A DNA stretch of 63,186 nucleotides, counting the filler, from a bacterium (GTDB lineage: Bacteria > JACRDZ01 > JAQUKH01): NCBI GenBank assembly GCA_028719205.1. It is 3 parts of 3 records of this genome, joined end to end, with 100 filler letters (N's around TTAATTAATTAA, not from the genome) between each part and the next. Parts side by side here need not be neighbours in the genome. Positions count along the whole stretch, not along the records: positions 30,696 to 59,911 come from JAQUKH010000032.1; positions 60,012 to 63,186 come from JAQUKH010000062.1; 1 more part is not named here. One strand, given 5' to 3'. Made by a program: the position numbers and the translations under genes. The notes below the pieces were generated by a model. The model had not been told where the DNA came from. It saw only the letters and a program-made list of their open reading frames with translations, and ran no database searches. The number at the start of each line of letters is the position of its first letter. The stretch's first letter is position 1. This document shows positions 56,893-63,186 of this stretch, one piece after another.

Positions 56893-59667
56893 TTAGTACT
56901 GTTTTCCAAAATTATTAGCCAAAATACTTAGGTCAATCCCGTCTATAACCCCGTCCCCGTTCAGATCCGCGTTCGGATTGTAGTAATCATCGCCGATCCT
57001 CGACCCAAAACTTATGGAAAGCATTATCAGGTCATAACCGTCAACCCGGTTTTCAACAGGAACATCACCTTCCATTTCAATGTCTCCCAATTTCAACCTC
57101 GGCCTCATCACCACTTCATTAGAAAAAATACTTTCCTCCGGAAAACTGCCTCCCCTGACAGCCGCCACCACATAATAATATGTCCTTCCTTCTTTCACCG
57201 CCAGGTTCTTATATGTCAGATTTTTCGTCTGATAAATTTTATTATATTTTAAACCTTCCGCTTCTTTCCGGTATATCCTGTATTCATCAATATTTTCGCC
57301 CGATGATGTCCAGTTTAATCTGATACTGCCATTCTCGCAGGAAATATCAAGCATTGGAGCGGAGGGCGGATCCTTGTATATATAATTAGTTTTTAGAGGA
57401 ACACCTGTAATTATTGAGGGATTGCTTGTATTGTTTTCGGTATCAAAAGCAAAAAGGGCTATGGTATATTGCTCCCCTTCGGTTAATCCAATTAGCTCAA
57501 ACCTGTTTGTTTTCCCTATTATTATTGGATCGTTAAAATATTCCTGATTTGTTTTATAAGCAATTTTGTAACCGGATAGATCCCATTCCTTATTCAGACT
57601 CCAGCTTAAAAATAAACTGGTACCGTTAATGCCTGAAAGACAAGTAAGTCCATTCGGGGTATCAGGAGCGGATACATCTTTTGGCAAAACAATACCCGAT
57701 ACGCGTTCACTTTCATCTTTGCCTATAAAACTGCTTACAGCCGTAAAATATTTATTACTATTTGATAAATTATTAAATATAAAAGTTGTATCAGATGTGA
57801 TTAAAGGAGCTATCACAAAGTCTTCCGACCTTCCAAAATATACTTTATACCCATCCGCGCCTGGAACCAAATTCCAGCTTAATTTAACACCCTTATTTAT
57901 AGGATCAATTATCAAAACATCCGGCCCTGGTATAAAAGTTGAATTGACGCGGGGTATTCCAATTTCCTCAAATGATTTTAAACCTTCATTTCCTTGAGTA
58001 TCAATACCGGATACCGCTACAAAATATTTTGTAAAATCGTTTAATCCACTTAAAACATATTTTTCATTTCTTCCGACAAAAAGAGGGGTATTATATTCTG
58101 ATGAATTTAAACCGTAATAAATCTTATATCCGGATAGATCCGGATCGCTGTTTTCCTGCCATTTAATCTTTAACTCTCCTGTTTTTCCGGTATCCCTGAT
58201 TCTTAATCCTTTTACCTGAGAGGGAGATTTTATGTCAGTAAATAAAAACGAAACCATATTGCTTTTTTCGCTTTCTCTATTATGATTATCGCAAGCAGAT
58301 ACGGCAAAATAATATTGTATTCCAGGCGATAAATTATTTAATTGATGAGAGGGCGTATGATTACCCGCCTGCCGGACGGGCAGGCACGCCCTTACAAATA
58401 TTTTTTTATCCAAATTATTGCTGTCAACACCCTGATACAAATAATATCCTGCCAGATCGGAGTCCTCCGCCTCAGGCGGATCCCATGAAAGTAATCCATT
58501 ATTATCAACCACAAGATTAACCGGCGAAGACGGAGCAAACGAATCTTCCGGAACAGCCAAAGCTTCGTTAGAATTAATACTTTCTTTCCCATTTATATTA
58601 ACCGCCCTGACAAAATATATATATTCCTTTCCATCAACCAAACCTGTATCTAAATAATTATTTTTAGTAACGAGTGTTTTATTAATTTTTGAATTATCAC
58701 GATATATATTATATCCCAGCAGGTTAAAATACTTATTCTCATCCCATTTCAGGAAAACACATCCGCCCGTCCCTGTTTTGGCAATCAAATTTAAGGGAGG
58801 CCTTACAGCGACATCTTCAACTTCAATATTCCAGGCATTTTCAACAGCAAAGCTTGAATCTGCCACTATAAATTTCACCTCATGTTTACCCGAATCATCA
58901 TAACCAGCGAAATATGTCCAAACATAATTTCCTTCACATACAACCGATGAATCCAAATACCATGTTAATTTAATTATATTATTATCAGGATCCAATACGG
59001 AAACCTCGAAATCTATTTTTTCTCCTTCTTTAATTCGAAGGTCTATATCAGAAGGCTTGTGAGAAAGTATTACCGGTGATGTTTTGTTAATTGTAAATGC
59101 GCAGGATTTTAAATTACTATTTCCCGCTTTATCGAGTGTATAAACCACTAATTTGTGATTGCCTTCATCTTTCACCCAAACAGTTTCATTTTCCGGGCAA
59201 GTTGCGCCATCGAGTGTTATATTTTCTTTAACCGGATTCGTCTCCGATATTTTCACTTTAAACCAGACATCTGTGCTGTAATAAGCGTTATCGCTTACAC
59301 CTGTTATGCTGATCGCTGATTTTGTTTTGTCAATAGTAAAGTTAACCGACTCATAACTCGCGTTCCCAGCTGAATCAAAGGCTGAAGCAGAAAGTCGGTA
59401 TTTTCCATCTTTTTTTATCTCTGTCCCGCTGACATAAGCTGAGTCCGCTGAAGTATTTAATTTTAAAGTAACTGTGGAATAGGCCAGGTTTATGTCTGAA
59501 ATTGAAATTTCAGGGTAGACGGCGGTAGAATAGTATTGGGATTCGGAAATACCGAAGATGGTTATAATCGGAGGTAAAACATCGTCAGCATAAACATAGG
59601 AAAAAATAAACAGGTTAAAGATTATACTGATTAAGATGTAAAAGACAGGGAATAATCCTTTTTTCAT
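56893..59667 (-). CDS. Secreted Ig-like/fibronectin type III repeat protein with C-terminal dockerin
   Basis: Signal peptide; DSAGN/DKAGN Ig units; about 6 FN3 units (W..DLSGYKIYY..Y.V.A); NRVDGYDL...ADLNGDGVIDGIDLSILANNFG. Confidence 0.85.
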   Translation of the reverse strand: MKKGLFPVFYILISIIFNLFIFSYVYADDVLPPIITIFGISESQYYSTAVYPEISISDINLAYSTVTLKLNTSADSAYVSGTEIKKDGKYRLSASAFDSAGNASYESVNFTIDKTKSAISITGVSDNAYYSTDVWFKVKISETNPVKENITLDGATCPENETVWVKDEGNHKLVVYTLDKAGNSNLKSCAFTINKTSPVILSHKPSDIDLRIKEGEKIDFEVSVLDPDNNIIKLTWYLDSSVVCEGNYVWTYFAGYDDSGKHEVKFIVADSSFAVENAWNIEVEDVAVRPPLNLIAKTGTGGCVFLKWDENKYFNLLGYNIYRDNSKINKTLVTKNNYLDTGLVDGKEYIYFVRAVNINGKESINSNEALAVPEDSFAPSSPVNLVVDNNGLLSWDPPEAEDSDLAGYYLYQGVDSNNLDKKIFVRACLPVRQAGNHTPSHQLNNLSPGIQYYFAVSACDNHNRESEKSNMVSFLFTDIKSPSQVKGLRIRDTGKTGELKIKWQENSDPDLSGYKIYYGLNSSEYNTPLFVGRNEKYVLSGLNDFTKYFVAVSGIDTQGNEGLKSFEEIGIPRVNSTFIPGPDVLIIDPINKGVKLSWNLVPGADGYKVYFGRSEDFVIAPLITSDTTFIFNNLSNSNKYFTAVSSFIGKDESERVSGIVLPKDVSAPDTPNGLTCLSGINGTSLFLSWSLNKEWDLSGYKIAYKTNQEYFNDPIIIGKTNRFELIGLTEGEQYTIALFAFDTENNTSNPSIITGVPLKTNYIYKDPPSAPMLDISCENGSIRLNWTSSGENIDEYRIYRKEAEGLKYNKIYQTKNLTYKNLAVKEGRTYYYVVAAVRGGSFPEESIFSNEVVMRPRLKLGDIEMEGDVPVENRVDGYDLIMLSISFGSRIGDDYYNPNADLNGDGVIDGIDLSILANNFGKQY
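58364..58385. repeat. Miniature palindromic element inside the coding sequence
   Basis: CCCGCCTGCC-GGACG-GGCAGGC GC-rich hairpin, translated ACLPVRQAG. Confidence 0.65.
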
Positions 59668-59769
59668 AAAGCGAAAATTATATCAAGAAATTGGATTTGT
59701 ATGAAGGAATTTTTTTCATATTTTTTGCATTTTCAGGGGCAAACCACATCCTGATATTTACAGGATGTC

Positions 59770-59911
59770 TTAGAATTCATATGCCATACCTAGCCGCACT
59801 GATTTCTGTTCATTTTCTAGTTTTTGGCTGTAATCGGTAAGCCGGTATTTAAGGTCTAGATTCACATTTAATCCACCGTTTACGAAAAGTTTTTCCACAG
59901 ATAATTTCGCG
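59770..59911 (-). CDS. C-terminal fragment of an outer-membrane beta-barrel (truncated by linker)
   Basis: AKLSVEKLFVNGGLNVNLDLKYRLTDYSQKLENEQKSVRLGMAYEF-stop, with beta-signal ending YEF; hairpin ACATCCTG..CAGGATGT follows. Confidence 0.65.
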
Positions 59912-60011
59912 NNNNNNNNNNNNNNNNNNNNNNNNNNNNNNNNNNNNNNNNNNNNTTAATTAATTAANNNNNNNNNNNNNNNNNNNNNNNNNNNNNNNNN
60001 NNNNNNNNNNN
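59912..60011. other. Artificial contig linker
   Basis: N-run, TTAATTAATTAA, N-run. Confidence 0.97.
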
Positions 60012-60012
60012 C

Positions 60013-60171
60013 ATTAAATTGGGTGTTGCCAGGGCGTTACTTTTACTTGACAGTGAATTGCGGCCAAAATTGAAAAGAGCGGGATGTTTGACTCGTGATT
60101 CCCGTCAAAAAGAAAGAAAGAAATACGGGCAAAAAGGTGCCAGAGCTAAATTCCAATTTTCTAAGAGATAA
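60013..60171 (+). CDS. rpsI: 30S ribosomal protein S9, 3' fragment
   Basis: IKLGVARAL...[27 protein letters not shown]-stop. Confidence 0.95.
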   Translation: MKLGVARALLLLDSELRPKLKRAGCLTRDSRQKERKKYGQKGARAKFQFSKR

Positions 60172-60197
60172 AACGGAGAAAATTGCCTATAGAAAGC

Positions 60198-60233
60198 AAG
60201 GAAAAAGGAAGGTTATAACCTTCCTTTTTCTTT
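60198..60233 (+). terminator. Terminator after rpsI
   Basis: GAAAAAGGAAGGTTA-TAACCTTCCTTTTTC palindrome with T-run. Confidence 0.7.
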
Positions 60234-60240
60234 ATCAGAT

Positions 60241-61461
60241 ATGGATTTATTAAAAAAAATTAAAATAATAAAGAATGGCGGGGTTACTACTCCAAGCGGA
60301 TTTTCAGCTAATGGTATCCATTGCGGGCTAAAACGCAATGGAAAGGAAGATCTCTGTCTTATATTTTCAGAAACAGCCGCTACTTCGGCCGGGGTTTTTA
60401 CAACGAATAAAGTAAAAGCGGCCCCGGTTACAATATGTCAGAAGCAGTTAAAGCATAATAAAATAAGAGCTGTAATAATAAATAGCGGGAATGCCAATGC
60501 CTGTACAGGTAAAAATGGTTTAGATGACGCCTGGAAAATGGTTAAGGCTACAGCCAAAGTTTTAAATATAGAGGCTAAAGAGGTTTTAGTAGCATCTACC
60601 GGCAGGATCGGGATAAAATTACCTGTAGAAAAAGTTATTAACGGGATCAATAAGTTAAAAGATGTTATCTCAAAAGATGGCGGCCATAATAGCGCTTTGG
60701 CTATAATGACGACTGATCTTTATCCCAAAGAGATGGCATTAGAGTTTATAATAGATAAAAAAAAGGTGCGGTTAGGCGGAATTTGTAAAGGCGCGGGAAT
60801 GATCCACCCTAATATGGCCACCATGCTTTGTTTTTTAACTTGTGATATTAATATAGAAAAGAAATTACTTAAGAAGATATTAGAAGAGGCAGTTAATAAT
60901 TCTTTTAATTTGATCACTGTGGATGGTGATAGAAGTACAAATGACACAGCTGTTATTTTAGCAAATGGAATGGCCGGTAATGGAAGTATAAAGGAAGGCA
61001 GCAGTGATCATGAAGTTTTATCAGGCGCTGTTTCTTTTATTTGCCGGTTCTTCGCGAAAGAGATCGTCAGGAACGGAGAGGGCGCGACTAAATTAGTTAA
61101 AATTAACGTAGTTGGTTCTAAAACTAAGGTTGAGGCTAAAAAAGCGGCTTTTGCCGTGGCCAATTCAAGCCTTGTAAAAACGGCCATTTTTGGCAAAGAC
61201 CCTAATTGGGGAAGGGTTATGTCCGCGGTAGGGACGAGCGGTATTAATATAGTTGAAGAGAAAATTGATATATATTATGGAAAAAATAAAATAGTTGCGG
61301 GCGGAGTAGGAATAGAAAAAGTTTATCCGATAGTAAAAAAGTATCTTTTAGGCAGGGAAATAGAATTAACAATTGATTTAAATCAGGGAAAGGAGCAGGT
61401 TTCTGTTTTAACCTGTGATCTGACACCTGAATATGTAAAAATAAACGCAGGAAAGTCGTAA
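60241..61461 (+). CDS. argJ: Ornithine acetyltransferase / N-acetylglutamate synthase
   Basis: NSGNANACTG, IMTTD, KGAGMIHPNMATML, DRSTND, DPNWGR. Confidence 0.96.
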   Translation: MDLLKKIKIIKNGGVTTPSGFSANGIHCGLKRNGKEDLCLIFSETAATSAGVFTTNKVKAAPVTICQKQLKHNKIRAVIINSGNANACTGKNGLDDAWKMVKATAKVLNIEAKEVLVASTGRIGIKLPVEKVINGINKLKDVISKDGGHNSALAIMTTDLYPKEMALEFIIDKKKVRLGGICKGAGMIHPNMATMLCFLTCDINIEKKLLKKILEEAVNNSFNLITVDGDRSTNDTAVILANGMAGNGSIKEGSSDHEVLSGAVSFICRFFAKEIVRNGEGATKLVKINVVGSKTKVEAKKAAFAVANSSLVKTAIFGKDPNWGRVMSAVGTSGINIVEEKIDIYYGKNKIVAGGVGIEKVYPIVKKYLLGREIELTIDLNQGKEQVSVLTCDLTPEYVKINAGKS

Positions 61462-61462
61462 T

Positions 61463-61551
61463 CACACACACTTCCGGATTTTATTGGTTGTGCCCCGATG
61501 TTGCATCGGGGTTCCAATAAAAGGTGAAAGAAGTGGAGGAAGGCTCGCCCC
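61463..61551 (+). ncRNA. rpsB 5' leader (t44/S2 autogenous regulatory RNA)
   Basis: CACACAC..UUUUAUUGG..GUGCC..CCAAUAAAA..GUGGAGG..CCCC architecture directly upstream of rpsB. Confidence 0.8.
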
Positions 61552-61592
61552 AGTTGGGACGTCCTTAAAAAACAAAAAGGAGGAGTAAGAAA

Positions 61593-62399
61593 ATGGCTGC
61601 AATTTCAATGAAGGACCTTTTAGAGGCCGGTGTTCATTTTGGACATCAAACGAAGAGATGGAATCCTAAAATGCAGGAATACATCTTCGGGGAACGCAAC
61701 GGAGTGTATATAATTGACCTGCAGAAAACCGCGAAAAAACTGCAGGAGGCGTGTGAGTTTGTTTATAACCTGGCAAGTCAGGGAAAAGTTATTTTATTTG
61801 TCGGAACAAAAAAACAGGCTCAGGATGTTATCGCGGAAGAAGCGGAACAATGTAATATGTATTATGTTAATCACCGCTGGCTTGGAGGTATGCTTACAAA
61901 TTTCCAAACCATTAAAAAAAGTGTAACTAAACTTAAAGCGATGGAAAAAATAACTGATGGGACATCAGATAAATTACTCAAAAAAGAAGTTATAAAAATC
62001 AAAAAAGAAAAAGATAAACTGGACAAAATACTGAAGGGTATAAAGAATATGGAAGTTTTGCCTCACGCGATCTTTGTAGTTGATGCCAAGAAAGAAAATA
62101 CAGCTGTTTGTGAAGCCAGAAAATTGAACATTCCGGTAATAGGCCTGGTTGACACAAATTCTGACCCTGACTTAGTGGATTATATTATACCCGGCAATGA
62201 TGATGCTATCCGCTCTATTAAACTTGTGACTAATCTTATGGCTGAAGCGGTTAAAGACGGCAGAAAAAAGTTCGTCGAAAGCGATCTGGCTAAAAAGAAA
62301 GATGCAAAAGAGCCGCCTGCGGCGACAAGCACGGATAAAAAAGAGAATGAAGTAGAAAAAGATGATACTGTTGATTTAATTGAAGATATTAAAAAGTAA
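61593..62399 (+). CDS. rpsB: 30S ribosomal protein S2
   Basis: [29 protein letters not shown]. Confidence 0.98.
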   Translation: MAAISMKDLLEAGVHFGHQTKRWNPKMQEYIFGERNGVYIIDLQKTAKKLQEACEFVYNLASQGKVILFVGTKKQAQDVIAEEAEQCNMYYVNHRWLGGMLTNFQTIKKSVTKLKAMEKITDGTSDKLLKKEVIKIKKEKDKLDKILKGIKNMEVLPHAIFVVDAKKENTAVCEARKLNIPVIGLVDTNSDPDLVDYIIPGNDDAIRSIKLVTNLMAEAVKDGRKKFVESDLAKKKDAKEPPAATSTDKKENEVEKDDTVDLIEDIKK

Positions 62400-62437
62400 G
62401 ATAAAATTCGAAACAGTAAAAATTATTTTTAAATAAA

Positions 62438-63186
62438 ATGTATTGGACAAAAACTTTTATCCCTACTTTGAGGGAAAATCCAAAGGAAGCAGAAGTAGTA
62501 AGCCATAATTTAATGCTTAGGGCCGGGCTGATAAGAAAACTCGCGGCAGGCATATATATTTTTTTGCCTTTGGGTTTGCGTGTTATACGTAAATTGGAAA
62601 GAATTATCAGGGAAGAAATGGACAGGTCCGGGGCTCAGGAAATGTTAATGCCTACCCTGATACCGAAAGAATTATGGGATGAAACAGGCAGATGGGATAT
62701 TTACGGCCCTGAACTTATGAGAGTGCAGGACAGAAACAAAAGAAATTTTGCGTTAGGCCCTACGCATGAAGAGGTTGTTACCAATCTTGTTCATTCAGAG
62801 GTGCATTCTTACCGGCAGTTGCCGGTTACGTTCTATCAGATCCAGACAAAGTTCAGGGATGAGATAAGGCCGAGATTCGGATTGATGCGCGGGCGTGAAT
62901 TCAGTATGAAAGACGCCTATAGTTTTGACAGGGATGAAAAAGGCGCCGAGGAAAGTTATAATAAGGCATATGAGGCTTATAATAAAATTTTTACGCGCTG
63001 CGGTTTGAAGTTCCGGTCGGTTGAAGCGGAGACGGGGCAGATCGGAGGTTCGTCTTCTCATGAATTTATGGTTCTGGCTGACACAGGAGAGGATTTTATC
63101 GCTGTTTGCGATTCATGCGATTACGCGGGAAATATCAACCTGGCAGCTAATTGTTTAGAAGAAAAAAAGGGCGAAGCCCTGAAACC
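62438..63186 (+). CDS. proS: Proline-tRNA ligase (runs off window end)
   Basis: [57 protein letters not shown]. Confidence 0.96.
   Translation, partial: MYWTKTFIPTLRENPKEAEVVSHNLMLRAGLIRKLAAGIYIFLPLGLRVIRKLERIIREEMDRSGAQEMLMPTLIPKELWDETGRWDIYGPELMRVQDRNKRNFALGPTHEEVVTNLVHSEVHSYRQLPVTFYQIQTKFRDEIRPRFGLMRGREFSMKDAYSFDRDEKGAEESYNKAYEAYNKIFTRCGLKFRSVEAETGQIGGSSSHEFMVLADTGEDFIAVCDSCDYAGNINLAANCLEEKKGEALK

Noticed and set aside
1-63186. tRNA, rRNA, transposase, integrase or prophage genes
   Set aside because: None recognised in the window

Overview
AT-rich DNA from a diderm bacterium, probably an uncultured anaerobe from a metagenome assembly. The window is three contigs joined by artificial N-TTAATTAATTAA-N linkers (30596-30695 and 59912-60011), so gene order across the linkers carries no meaning. 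Contig 1 has pyrR-pyrB-pyrC-carA-carB with a PyrR-binding leader. It then has a 14 kb minus-strand envelope/electron-transfer cluster: beta-propeller, 16-heme cytochrome, beta-barrel, coiled-coil lipoprotein, tetraheme cytochrome c3, CcsA, NapC-type multiheme quinol dehydrogenase, TatC, porin, Asp-box propeller with dockerin, and cohesin lipoprotein. Next come a HelY-like helicase, an ArfB-like factor, two lipoproteins, PilZ, an HD dNTPase, and pheT-pheS-rplT-rpmI-infC. Contig 2 has Rrf2-pstSCA, csp, a Pif1-like helicase, tatC, ispF, hisG, a UshA-like/tetraheme fusion, a signalling island (hybrid kinase, GAF/AAA/ferredoxin membrane fusion, three paralogous kinases with atypical H-boxes), larB and an FN3-dockerin protein. 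Contig 3 has rpsI end, argJ, rpsB with its leader RNA, and proS. The best candidates for new biology are: (1) an apparently complete quinol-to-surface porin-cytochrome conduit; (2) a non-cellulosomal cohesin-dockerin surface-display system; (3) uORF-through-terminator leaders at pyrR and at the CheB/CheR kinase; (4) an Rrf2 operator shared with a Pst-family transporter; (5) several miniature palindromic repeat families, some inserted in-frame in a gene. All family assignments come from reading motifs by eye, and no database searches were run.
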